A DNA stretch of 17,954 bases from a bacterium (GCA_046484135.1 JAWOBU010000055.1:1-17954); one strand, 5' to 3'; positions 1 through 9,018 are shown, counted from the first letter of the stretch. The notes: generated by a model not told the origin, from the sequence alone. Translations and numbers: made by a program.

Positions 1-2222
1 TTGTCGAGGGTCTCGCCGTCGAGCATGGCGGACCGGATGTAGATGTTGTCGGGATTGTTGTTCCGGGTTTTGATGGTAAAGGTCCCGCCGGCGTAGTAGT
101 CGGGATGGAGCCGGATGGTGACCTTGTCGAAGAGCGAAGTGGTGATCTGCCAGTGGGGCCTATCATGGCAGCCGCCCTGCACATCGAAAAGACCGATTGC
201 CATGAGCGCGGAAAGCGAGCCGATGATGCCCTGGTCCTCGTCGTCCGGGTAGCCGCTGTCGGGCGTGGTCCCGCTGAAGGCCTGCTCGTGCACTTTTCTC
301 ACCCATTTCTGGGACAGCCAAGGCGCGCCCGAGTAGTTGAACAGGTGAGCGACCTGCATGGCCGGCTGGTTGCCGAAGTTGAGGCCGGTCGAGTAATCGT
401 TGTGCGACGCTGCGAAGTCGTACTCCCTGCCTTTTTCGAACAGCTCGACCAGGCGGTCGTTGAAACTCTTCCTGCCGTCCATCAGCTCTATCAATCCGGC
501 CAAGTCGTGGGGCACGAACCAGGTGGACTGGATGGCGTTGGCCTCGACCCAGCCGTAGCGCCAGCGTGGACTGAACGGATACAACCAGGTGCCGAGCAGT
601 GTCTTCGGCCTCATGTAGCCCGTGTTTTCATCGTAAAGGTTCCGGTAGTTCCCGGACCGGTCCATGAAGCGCTGGTAGTCTTCTTTCTTTCCCAGCTCAT
701 GCGCGACCTGGGCCAGGCACCAGTCCTGGTAGGCGTACTCGAGGGTCTGGCCGGCGCCGCTTAGATGAAAGGCGTTGGCTATGATGCCCACCGGCACGTA
801 GCCGCGCTCCATGTAGTACTCGATGCCTCCGCCGCGGGTGCTTCCATGCTCGTAGCCGGCCTTGCTCATGAGTCCGCCGGGCAGGTGGTTCTTTTTCATG
901 CCCTGGTAGGCTGCCTTCAGGTCAAAGTCTCGGATGCCCTTCTGGTAGGCCGCGGCGATAAAGGGCGTCGAGGTCGCCGAGGTCATGACAAAGGTATAGT
1001 TTCCTCCGGAGGGGCCACGCGGTATCAGGCCGCCGTCCTTGTACATGTCCACCAGCGAGTTCACGAACCCGCTCATGACATCGGGATAGGCCAGAGACCA
1101 CAACAGGCTTATGCTCCACTGCGCTCCCCAGAAGGCGTCGGAGTTATAGTGGTGATAGCGCGGCTCGCCGGAGTCGTCGAGCGGTATCTGCCGGACTTTC
1201 CTTTTTTCGCCGGTCATGTCCGCGTACTTGCCGTTTACGTCGCTTACCTTGCGGCGGCCGAGGAGCGCGTGCCAGAGATCGGTGTAGAACTTGGTCATCT
1301 GTTCGGGAGTGCCGCCTTTGACTTTTATGCGTGAGAGCCACTGGTTCCAGGTCTCTTCAGACTCGCGAACCACCCGGTCGAAGTCCCAGTGGGGAAGCTC
1401 GGTTTCGAGGTTAAGCCGGGCCTGCTCTGTACTGCAGTAGGAGATTGCTACCTTGAGAAGGATCTTCTCTCCTTTCGAGGTCGAAAAGCCCAGGTAGGCC
1501 CCGCTGTTCTTTCCCTCGATCCTGTCTATGTCTTTTTCCGCCTTCAGCCCTTTCCAGCCGCCCATCTCCTGGAAAGGCTTGTTCAGGCGGGCCACGAAAA
1601 AGACAGGCGTGGGCTTGGGCCGCCTTCGGGTGGGCGCGTTTATAACGTACCCTTCGATCTCGGTGTCGCTTACCTTGCGGGCCATGGCGCCATCCATGTC
1701 AGAGGGACCCAGCTTGGCGCCCAGGTCGAAGATGAGATATGCATTTTTTGCTTTGGGGAAGGTATAGCGATGAAACCCGACCCGGTCGGTGGATGTAAGC
1801 TCCGCGCGGATTCCGTAGTCTTTAAGGAACACGGAGTGATAGCCCGGCCGCACGGTCTCGCGGTCGTGGCTGAAGGCCGAGCCGTACCGGTCCGAGCCCT
1901 TGTGCCCCTGGAACTCGCCGGTCGCGGGCATGACCGGAACCCCGGAAAGCTGCCAGGCGTGCACGTGGCTCATGCCGTGGATGAACTCGCGGTTGTAAAG
2001 ATAACCGGAGCCCCAAGCGCCTCCCACGCCGGTGTCCGGGCTCAGGTTGACCATGCCGAAAGGACGGCAGGCGGAGGAGAAGAAAAACCAGCGCGAGTCA
2101 GACGTGCCGATCGAGGGATCAACCCAATCAACCGGCCGCTTGTCACCTGCAACCGCAGGAACAGCCGACAGTAACAGAAAAACCAACGTGACCACGAGCG
2201 CAACAGTTCGATCAGTTTTCAT
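1..2222 (-). CDS. GH92 family alpha-1,2-mannosidase, secreted; C-terminus runs off the left edge (partial)
   Basis: Absent from the ORF track (no stop in window). Manual translation of both ends. ATG at 2222-2220 with GAGG RBS gives MKTDRTVALVVTLVFLLLSAVPAVAG (signal peptide), then DWVDPSIGT...ACRPFGMVNLSPDT...GYLY...GMSHVH (GH92 N-terminal motifs). The same frame at the left edge reads NNPDNIYIRSAMLDG, matching the GH92 C-terminal NxYIQSAxLNG motif. Confidence 0.93.
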   Translation of the reverse strand, partial: MKTDRTVALVVTLVFLLLSAVPAVAGDKRPVDWVDPSIGTSDSRWFFFSSACRPFGMVNLSPDTGVGGAWGSGYLYNREFIHGMSHVHAWQLSGVPVMPATGEFQGHKGSDRYGSAFSHDRETVRPGYHSVFLKDYGIRAELTSTDRVGFHRYTFPKAKNAYLIFDLGAKLGPSDMDGAMARKVSDTEIEGYVINAPTRRRPKPTPVFFVARLNKPFQEMGGWKGLKAEKDIDRIEGKNSGAYLGFSTSKGEKILLKVAISYCSTEQARLNLETELPHWDFDRVVRESEETWNQWLSRIKVKGGTPEQMTKFYTDLWHALLGRRKVSDVNGKYADMTGEKRKVRQIPLDDSGEPRYHHYNSDAFWGAQWSISLLWSLAYPDVMSGFVNSLVDMYKDGGLIPRGPSGGNYTFVMTSATSTPFIAAAYQKGIRDFDLKAAYQGMKKNHLPGGLMSKAGYEHGSTRGGGIEYYMERGYVPVGIIANAFHLSGAGQTLEYAYQDWCLAQVAHELGKKEDYQRFMDRSGNYRNLYDENTGYMRPKTLLGTWLYPFSPRWRYGWVEANAIQSTWFVPHDLAGLIELMDGRKSFNDRLVELFEKGREYDFAASHNDYSTGLNFGNQPAMQVAHLFNYSGAPWLSQKWVRKVHEQAFSGTTPDSGYPDDEDQGIIGSLSALMAIGLFDVQGGCHDRPHWQITTSLFDKVTIRLHPDYYAGGTFTIKTRNNNPDNIYIRSAMLDGETLD

Positions 2223-2274
2223 GGCTTGCCTCTTTTCAAATTCTCTTTTTATAAAACCAGGGTTCTTTCCCGGC

Positions 2275-3885
2275 TCAGTTGGAGAGTATCTCAATTTTCA
2301 CGTCCCCCAGCTCGACTCCGGGAATGATCACGTAACGGTGGCCGGCAACCTTTTTTGCTTTCCATTCGACCGGCTTACTGTTAACCATCACCTTTTCGAT
2401 CCTGCCCGACAGGTCCATGACGTAGATGTCCTCGCTGCCGGAGCCGCCTTTAACGCGGGCCTCGATGACGCCGTCCTCGCGAATGTAAAAGCGGCTTACG
2501 TAAGCGTCCCGGAAGACCGGAAACACTGGCGAGCGGATGCCTACGGGGTAGAGGAAGTACCGGGAGGACATCACCGGCAGGGACGGGTCGGACAGGCAGA
2601 CCAGCATGGCGATAAAATCGCCGGTCTCCCGAAGGTCCATGTATCTGTCCTCGCCTATATACAGGTTCCCGTTCTCGCGCCGGAGCCGGTGCTCGATAAG
2701 GTAGTCAGCCACCCGGCGGGCGTCCTTTAAGTAGCGTTCGTTCCCGGTCTGGTGGTACCGGAACAGGCAGAGCAGGGCCAGTTGGGGCACATTCCAATCG
2801 TTGCCTTCGCGTTCCGCGTAATGGCCGGGGTGGTCAATGTTTGCCATCAGGAACTGGTAGTTGTCCTGTGCGGTGTCGAGGTATAAAGGGTCGCCGGTCA
2901 TCTCGTGCAGGATGAACAGGGTGAGCGCCCACTCCCAGTTGGTGTGCCAGCGCGGGCCCGCGTCCACGACCGTCCCGGTCAGGGTGTTCACCTGCCGGTA
3001 AAAGTAATGGCCCTCCTGGTCGTAGCAGTGTTTGATGGATAGCCGGGTGTGCTTTTCCGTCATTTGAAGGAGCTCGTCCCTGCCGGTAAGGTCATGCAGG
3101 ATAAGACCGGTGTAGGTGTCGTCGGCAATGGTGCCGGTCCAGGTGTAGGTTGACAGGAAGTTGCCGAAGGGAGGCACGATCATGATTCCGGTCCACAGCC
3201 CGGTGGTATGGCGGGCGGGGAACTCGTGGGCTTTGAAGTCCGCGCTGATGATGTCCCATTGCTCAGGGTCTTGGTCAATCACTCCCAGCGCGTATGGTAT
3301 GCGCAGGTCCAGGCAGCCGAAGTAGTCGGGCGCATGCGCGAAAACCGGCCGTTCCCGTCGGTCTTTGTCCAATCCGTTCAAAATGATGGTGTTTCCCGCC
3401 ATGTCGGAGACCACCTGGTAGCGGCGGCCCGACCGCAGCGAGCGCATGTAAGCGGGCCAGTTCTGGAAGGCCGCGGCCTGGTACTGTATTCGGTGGCTTA
3501 CCTTTGATCCTTCGGGCGCTGACTTCTCGAGGTTCATGCTCATCCAGGGCATGCCGGTGTCCGGGTCCGCGGACCTTTTCCAGAGCGCATCGCTGTGCCG
3601 CTCGATCCACTCGAGGTACTCCTTGTCTCCGGTCTGCCAGTAGAGCATCCACAGGCCGGGAAGGTACCAGCCGGCGTGATGGGTGGTGGATACCTGGTGC
3701 GGCCTGCCTTGTTCAGTGTCCACCAGGCTTCCGTAAAGGCCGGTCTCTGGATCGCGGGCGGTCCGTTCGACCGTGTCAGCCAGCTCCCGGGCCAGGGAAA
3801 GGTAGTCGTGTTCTTGCCGCGATTTTCCCGCGAAGGAAAAAGACAAGATAAGGACCAACACCGGGAGAAGCGCTTTTCTCATCAT
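2275..3885 (-). CDS. Secreted six-hairpin (alpha/alpha)6 glycosidase-like protein, family uncertain (GH76/GH88/AGE-like)
   Basis: 536-aa ORF, AAGGAG RBS, Sec signal peptide MRKALLPVLVLILSFSFA. Four recurring helix motifs LYWQTGDKEYL, LHDLTGRDELL, LHEMTGDPLYL and RYHQTGNERYL are typical of (alpha/alpha)6 barrels. An ADD acidic pair precedes the second, and there is a beta-rich C-terminal domain. Co-oriented between two glycosidases. Confidence 0.7.
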   Translation of the reverse strand: MMRKALLPVLVLILSFSFAGKSRQEHDYLSLARELADTVERTARDPETGLYGSLVDTEQGRPHQVSTTHHAGWYLPGLWMLYWQTGDKEYLEWIERHSDALWKRSADPDTGMPWMSMNLEKSAPEGSKVSHRIQYQAAAFQNWPAYMRSLRSGRRYQVVSDMAGNTIILNGLDKDRRERPVFAHAPDYFGCLDLRIPYALGVIDQDPEQWDIISADFKAHEFPARHTTGLWTGIMIVPPFGNFLSTYTWTGTIADDTYTGLILHDLTGRDELLQMTEKHTRLSIKHCYDQEGHYFYRQVNTLTGTVVDAGPRWHTNWEWALTLFILHEMTGDPLYLDTAQDNYQFLMANIDHPGHYAEREGNDWNVPQLALLCLFRYHQTGNERYLKDARRVADYLIEHRLRRENGNLYIGEDRYMDLRETGDFIAMLVCLSDPSLPVMSSRYFLYPVGIRSPVFPVFRDAYVSRFYIREDGVIEARVKGGSGSEDIYVMDLSGRIEKVMVNSKPVEWKAKKVAGHRYVIIPGVELGDVKIEILSN

Positions 3886-3919
3886 TTCTTTTCTCCTTTA
3901 CTAAAGCCGTTCGTTAACT

Positions 3920-5341
3920 TCATTGCTCGATCGCTTCCGGCCAGGTTACGGCGATCATGTCCAGGACCAGGCCGGGCCAGTTGAAGTGCGGCTGTCCCTT
4001 GCCCTGCCCGTTCCGAAAGTCATAGAACTCCCACAGCCCTTCGTGCCGGATCATCTTGGCCGTCCGGCGGGTGAGCTCGCGGGCTTCGTCTTTATAGCCG
4101 TAGTTTAAAAGACCGTGCATCATCATCCAGTTCATGTTGATCCAGATGCAGTGGCCCCGCCAGAGCACCAGGTCTTCCAGGTAGATTTTGTCCATCATCT
4201 CGTCCGCGGCGCTGAAGGGAAAGAGGTAGTCGAGCCAGAACTCGTTTTCATTGAGGGCGTGTTCCTCGATGATTCTCAGCGCCTTGTCCCGGTCGGCAAT
4301 GCCGGTGAAGACCGGAAGCAGAGAAGCGCAGGTGGTCCGCATGGCGAGCTTCGGGTCTTCATAGTCGTAGCGGGAGAAGTAGCATCCCTCGGACTCGGCC
4401 CAGTTGATCCGGTCCATGGCGTCCATCATGTCCTGCGCCCTTTGACGGTACTTGGCCGCATCCTCCGCCCTGCCCGTCTTTTCGCAAAGCTCTGCCACTG
4501 AAAGTATGGCCCGCATGGTGATGGAGTTGAAACAGGCGTCCTCCAGGATAAACCGGTTCTTTTGCTTGGCTGTTTCCAGGTCCCAGTCGAATTTGGCGTT
4601 GTAATCCAGAAGATAGTGATACAAAAGCCCGCGGGCCGGCGCGCCCAGCGGAGTGGAGAAGTCCAGGTTCAGTAACTTGTCATAGGCGGGCGAGGAGTCG
4701 GTGCCGGTCTCCCACGGATGGATCACAGCCACCAGTCCGTCGCCGAACAGGTCCCGGTCATGGGTCATGTAATGCACGCATCTTTCCGCCTTGGGAAGGA
4801 GCTTGTCAAGCCACTTTCGGTCGCCGGTCTTTTCGAATATCTTTTCTATGGCGATGATGTAAGAAGGCGGATCAATCATGGCGGTCCGGCCCTGCTCGTC
4901 GTACTGGGACTTGCCCATGGACAGTCCTATCCTGGAGTACCAGTTCCTCTCCTTGTTGAAGTCCTCGAACACGGTGTCGTGCGGCACCCGGCCGGTTTCC
5001 TCGATCTGGAAGGAGAACAGGTACTCGATCTCGGAAGCCGCGATTTCCGGCTTTAGCCGGCTCATGGCGATGGCGTGCCATCCCGAGTCCCAGCCGAAAA
5101 GCGAGTTGTACTTGCCCTCCGAAGGGATGTGAAAGACGTAGCCGTCCCGTTCCCTCCGGTTTCCGGCCATGACCTTTGCGGTCATCCGCTTCAAAGTTTT
5201 CCAGTCATCTTTAGTGACCGGCTCGTCCGGGATGGGATAGGCAGGCTCGAGCTTTTTGGCGTTCCCTTTTTTCGGCAGGGCCGTCGCACCGGCCAGCGCC
5301 GCTGACCCGGCCATGAATCCCCTTCTGTCCAGCTTTTTCAT
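3920..5341 (-). CDS. Tat-exported GH63/MGH1-like glycoside hydrolase (mannosyl-/glucosylglycerate hydrolase-like)
   Basis: 473 aa. Twin-arginine signal DRRGFM followed by a hydrophobic stretch. Motifs FGWDSGWH, HPWETGTDSSP, WRGHCIWINMNW and LWEFYD correspond to GH63 WxWDS, WESGxDNSP, YWRGPxW and the catalytic-Glu region. Confidence 0.85.
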   Translation of the reverse strand: MKKLDRRGFMAGSAALAGATALPKKGNAKKLEPAYPIPDEPVTKDDWKTLKRMTAKVMAGNRRERDGYVFHIPSEGKYNSLFGWDSGWHAIAMSRLKPEIAASEIEYLFSFQIEETGRVPHDTVFEDFNKERNWYSRIGLSMGKSQYDEQGRTAMIDPPSYIIAIEKIFEKTGDRKWLDKLLPKAERCVHYMTHDRDLFGDGLVAVIHPWETGTDSSPAYDKLLNLDFSTPLGAPARGLLYHYLLDYNAKFDWDLETAKQKNRFILEDACFNSITMRAILSVAELCEKTGRAEDAAKYRQRAQDMMDAMDRINWAESEGCYFSRYDYEDPKLAMRTTCASLLPVFTGIADRDKALRIIEEHALNENEFWLDYLFPFSAADEMMDKIYLEDLVLWRGHCIWINMNWMMMHGLLNYGYKDEARELTRRTAKMIRHEGLWEFYDFRNGQGKGQPHFNWPGLVLDMIAVTWPEAIEQ

Positions 5342-5478
5342 GGTATTTATACCCCCTTCCTGCTAAGGATGATTTATCAGCATATCCGCCAACCGGGCCG
5401 AGATCAATCCCTGGTTTTGAAAGGTAATGTCAACTTTTGTGTGTCATCAATGGAATAGGGGCCAAGCCTTGTTTTTTG

Positions 5479-5554
5479 TGGCTCCTGATGAAAATCTGTG
5501 AGTGAAACAGACTTCTCAGTAACCGATTATCTTGATAATATGAGCTTTCAACAA
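5479..5554 (+). repeat. 76-bp dispersed repeat, copy 1
   Basis: 74/76 identical to 12642-12717 in direct orientation (mismatches at 5504 and 5508). Confidence 0.95.
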
Positions 5555-5634
5555 CTGGAGGGATTGGTCCCCCAAGTATCCCCCATCCTTTAAAAACCCT
5601 GGCACATAAATTTTTACATCACCAACCATAATTT

Positions 5635-5663
5635 TTGACCGCGGTTAGCTGCTTTGTTAAGAT
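5635..5663 (+). promoter_or_regulatory. Putative sigma70 promoter for the GH36 gene
   Basis: TTGACC, 17-bp spacer, TAAGAT with a TGn extended -10; about 20 bp upstream of the ATG at 5683. Confidence 0.55.
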
Positions 5664-5682
5664 CATCGGACCGGTTACGTAG

Positions 5683-7959
5683 ATGATGGATGAAGTAAAC
5701 AGGATGGAAGTTTGTCGCGAGGAGCTTTCGCTTTCGCTTTTGCGCGAGCCGCTTAGCGCGGTTCTTTCTTACAAGGACGGCCGGATCGTTTTCGGACCGC
5801 TGGTGGGCCGGGCCCATGTTATTCGCCAAAGCGAAGCGGTCCACGACCCCAACACGTCGCTGGTGCAAGGGTGGAAGGTTGCAGAGTCCGAGATCGAGAC
5901 TCCGTTGGGAGCTCTTCCGGGCGTTCGGGCGGAGCTTGCCGGTATCCCGGGCCTGCCGCTCACACTTTGGTGGGAATGGGCGCTCGCGGGCCGTGGAGAC
6001 GCCCTGGTCCGGCTGATTATAACCAACACCGACCCTGCGCCTGTAAAGCTCGGCTGGATAGTTCCGGTGGCCTATCGGGGCGCAGAGCCGGGCCTGGACA
6101 TGGGCGCGGGCTACACTTCCTGGCGCTTCTTTCGCACCGGTTACCAGTCGTGGTCTCCCGCGGGCTCGATGCCGGTCACCGGAGAGGACTACAAGCCCCG
6201 CTTCTTTATTCCCTCGCGGGCGGGAACCAACCCCCGGACGCCCTACTCGAGGAAACAGGGCGACAAGGTATCGGACTGGATGGCCCAGCTTTACGAGACC
6301 GAGATGGGCCTGTCCGCGCTGGTTGGCTTTATCACCGGCGCGTCCCATTCCGGCCGGGTCGAGTACGAGGTGAAATACGACCGGTTCCGGAGGCTGGAAG
6401 CGGTCTCGGACAGCGAGGACCGCGAGGTTGAAAAGGACGAGTCGGTCTCGTCCGAATGGGCGCTGGTGTCCTTCTCTGAGGACCCGCTCGAACAGCAGGC
6501 CAGGTATTACGAGATGTGGGGCAAGGCCATGCAGGCGAGAAGCTCGCCCGCCCGGACCGGCTGGTGCTCGTGGTACTTCAGCTTCACCGGCGTGAGCGAG
6601 CGCACCATGGAGAAGAACCTTGAAAGCGCTTCCCGCCTCGAAGCGCCCCTCCAAGTCTTCCAGCTTGATGACGGGTATGAACGGGCAGTAGGCGACTGGA
6701 CCGAGTGGAACGAAAAGTGGAGCTATGGTCCTGCCGAGCTCGCCCGCCGCATACGCGAGCGAGGCATGGAGCCGGGCATATGGCTTGCTCCCTTTTTGGT
6801 CTCGCGCGGCTCGGAGCTTTACCAGAGCCGGCCCGAGTGGGCGCTCCGGACGAAGCGGGGCCTGCCGGTGGTCGCGTTTGCCCACCCGAAATGGAAGGGC
6901 TTTTTCATCCACGCCCTGGACGCGACCCGGCCGGAGGTCAGCTCGTGGCTTTACGAGACCATCCGCACCGTAACCCGCGAGTGGGGCTTCACTTACATAA
7001 AGCTCGATTTCCTGTACGCCGCGGCGTTGCCGGGCGAGCGGCACGACAGGCAGGCGACGGGCGCGTCGGCGTTGCGGCAGGGGCTCGAGGTCATCCGTGA
7101 GGCCGCGGGTGATGACACCTACCTCTTGGGGTGCGGCTGTCCGCTCGGTCCGGCGGTGGGCATCATGGACGCCATGAGAATAAGCCCGGACATAGACGTG
7201 CGCTGGCGGAACAAGCAGAGGGACTTCGTAACCGGCGTGCCTGTCGGTCCCGGCGCCGGAAACTGCCTTCGCAACAACCTGGCCCGCCTCCCCATGCAGG
7301 GAAGGCTCTGGCAGAACGACCCGGATTGCATCCTCATGCGGGAGGGCTTGACCAGGGCGGAGATACAAAGCGAGCTTACCGTGGCCTATGCAAGTGGAGG
7401 ATCGGCCTTCCTGTCCGAGAACATCCCGGACATGGACGAAGAGATGGTCGAGTGGTTCAAGAGGCTCCTGCCTCCCTCGGGCGAGCCTTTCACTCCCGTG
7501 GACCTCTTGCAGAAGAGCTTTCCGGCCAAGGCGGTACTGAAAAAGGACCACAGCGTACTTCTGGCCGCATGGAACTGGAAAAAGGAGGCCCGCCACATCA
7601 GGGTTTCGCTTTCCGAGCTGGGGCTCGTAGGCTCCTGGCACGCCTTTGATTTCTTCGAGCGAAGGTACCTGGGAGTTTTCGCGGACAAAATCGAGCTCGG
7701 CAACGTTATGCCCCATGGAGTGCGTTACCTGCGGCTGGTCCGCTCTGCCGAGGTCCCCCGGCTTCTCGGCACCGACCTTCACATGGGAATGGGGGAAGTC
7801 GGCTTTCGTGAAAGCGAGGACCAGGAAGGGCTTCGCATCGAGGTCAACCTTCCCGGCCGCAGGCAAGGTTCTATCTGGGCGGTGTTCCCGGGCGGAAGAA
7901 CCTCGCGGGTTGAGGTGTCCATGGAAAACTCCTGGGAGGGGATCATACCTTTCCCTTGA
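5683..7959 (+). CDS. GH36 (clan GH-D) alpha-galactosidase
   Basis: 758 aa. Motifs GYQSWS, GWCSWY, FQLDDGY, PGIWLAPF, YIKLDFL (nucleophile Asp), LGCGCPL, RISPD (acid/base Asp) and WQNDPDC, as in Thermotoga GalA-type GH36. No signal peptide. Exact start (5683/5686/5704) uncertain. Confidence 0.9.
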   Translation: MMDEVNRMEVCREELSLSLLREPLSAVLSYKDGRIVFGPLVGRAHVIRQSEAVHDPNTSLVQGWKVAESEIETPLGALPGVRAELAGIPGLPLTLWWEWALAGRGDALVRLIITNTDPAPVKLGWIVPVAYRGAEPGLDMGAGYTSWRFFRTGYQSWSPAGSMPVTGEDYKPRFFIPSRAGTNPRTPYSRKQGDKVSDWMAQLYETEMGLSALVGFITGASHSGRVEYEVKYDRFRRLEAVSDSEDREVEKDESVSSEWALVSFSEDPLEQQARYYEMWGKAMQARSSPARTGWCSWYFSFTGVSERTMEKNLESASRLEAPLQVFQLDDGYERAVGDWTEWNEKWSYGPAELARRIRERGMEPGIWLAPFLVSRGSELYQSRPEWALRTKRGLPVVAFAHPKWKGFFIHALDATRPEVSSWLYETIRTVTREWGFTYIKLDFLYAAALPGERHDRQATGASALRQGLEVIREAAGDDTYLLGCGCPLGPAVGIMDAMRISPDIDVRWRNKQRDFVTGVPVGPGAGNCLRNNLARLPMQGRLWQNDPDCILMREGLTRAEIQSELTVAYASGGSAFLSENIPDMDEEMVEWFKRLLPPSGEPFTPVDLLQKSFPAKAVLKKDHSVLLAAWNWKKEARHIRVSLSELGLVGSWHAFDFFERRYLGVFADKIELGNVMPHGVRYLRLVRSAEVPRLLGTDLHMGMGEVGFRESEDQEGLRIEVNLPGRRQGSIWAVFPGGRTSRVEVSMENSWEGIIPFP

Positions 7960-8014
7960 GCCCGCCGGCTTATTTGAAGCTGGAAAACTGGTGAACTTCA
8001 CATCTTCGGGAGCG

Positions 8015-8043
8015 TTGACGGCGTCATATTATGGTGGTATCCT
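8015..8043 (+). promoter_or_regulatory. Putative sigma70 promoter for the GNAT-like gene (possibly also glyA-queD)
   Basis: TTGACG, 17-bp spacer, TATCCT with TGn extension. The palindrome TGAC-GGC-GTCA overlaps the -35 box. Confidence 0.55.
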
Positions 8044-8113
8044 AACTACATTGGTAAGGGGGGCTGTAGTACAGTTACTCCTCCGGCGGTTGCGGGGGTC
8101 CCGGGGTTCTTTC

Positions 8114-8917
8114 ATGGCCAAAATAGCCCGCATGAACCGCTTTCCGGAGGCCGACAAGTACAAGGCATATACCCTTTTGATCCCGCCCTCTGTGTTTGAC
8201 CGCTTCCGGATAGACCCTTGGACAGGTAAAAACCGGGAGGGGGAGCAGGCGGTACACATTGACGCTCCGTGCGGCGGATGTGAAATAAGCGTAAGAGCGT
8301 CTCTGTCTCCTCGTGACCGGGACCCGGTGTTTCACACGGAGATATGCGAGTCGAGGGACTTGGTGCAACTGCGCTGGGACTTCATCATGATAAACGATCC
8401 TGACTCGCCCCGCTTCGACACCGATGTAACCCCGGAAGGCGGCAACCGGTGGCTGAACTGGCGAAGGCGCAACCACAAGGAGGAGAAAAGGGCCCAGGCC
8501 TTTGGGCTGGCACCCGGGCAGGTGAGAAGGGGGCTCCGGCTCACGGGCGAGATTATTCGTTGCCTGGAGAAGTTCGCCAAGGCCGCGGGCTTCAAGTCCA
8601 TATTCCTGGAGGCGTTGTTTTATCATAACGCCATCCAGTACGAGCGGCACGGCTTCCGCTACTTCGAGGGAGAGGAGGCCATGCGCCACATTCACGAGGG
8701 CTTTAAGCCCGGCGGCCCGCTATATCGCCGGCTGGACGGGTCCTTTTTCCGGAGACCCTGCCTGGCGGACACGGTACGAGGGAGGAGCTGGTTGATTCAT
8801 TCCGGAATCCTGGATGAGGTCTGGGAGCAAGGGTTTGATACCTGGACGCCGCCCCGGATGTACAAGATGGTGGGAAAAGACTTCCAGGTGCGGACGGCGC
8901 CGGACCTGCCTTTTTAA
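8114..8917 (+). CDS. Conserved hypothetical protein with GNAT acetyltransferase-like motifs
   Basis: 3' part of ORF 7646..8917. The upstream part overlaps the GH36 gene and a promoter, so the start is placed at ATG 8114 (267 aa). GQVRRGLRL resembles GNAT motif A and EALFYHNAIQYERHGF resembles motif B (NxxAxxxYxxxGF). Confidence 0.7.
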   Translation: MAKIARMNRFPEADKYKAYTLLIPPSVFDRFRIDPWTGKNREGEQAVHIDAPCGGCEISVRASLSPRDRDPVFHTEICESRDLVQLRWDFIMINDPDSPRFDTDVTPEGGNRWLNWRRRNHKEEKRAQAFGLAPGQVRRGLRLTGEIIRCLEKFAKAAGFKSIFLEALFYHNAIQYERHGFRYFEGEEAMRHIHEGFKPGGPLYRRLDGSFFRRPCLADTVRGRSWLIHSGILDEVWEQGFDTWTPPRMYKMVGKDFQVRTAPDLPF

Positions 8918-9018
8918 ATTTTAAATCGCCCGGCCCCGCCCGGTGATGCTTTCTCAAGTACAGGGGGGGACGGTTTTTCCAATCGAACTTGAAACCAAAG
9001 GAGTTGGGAGGCTTTAGC

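Noticed and set aside
5485..5520. Hammerhead ribozyme (CTGATGA...GAAA) in the 76-bp repeat
   Set aside because: No stem II between CTGATGA and GAAA, GAAA is TAAA in copy 2, and no stem III/UH arrangement.
5614..8001. 795-aa minus-strand ORF (also 8914-10281, 15032-16273 and the + strand ORFs within 105-2730)
   Set aside because: Antisense shadows of well-supported GC-rich genes (GH36, glyA, mfd, GH92); no recognisable motifs.
7646..8113. N-terminal extension of the 423-aa ORF
   Set aside because: Overlaps the GH36 3' end and a good promoter at 8015-8043; protein-like sequence begins at ATG 8114.
8918..9018. ZMP/ZTP riboswitch upstream of glyA
   Set aside because: The conserved GACTGGCG and CGCCTGGGC pseudoknot elements are not present.
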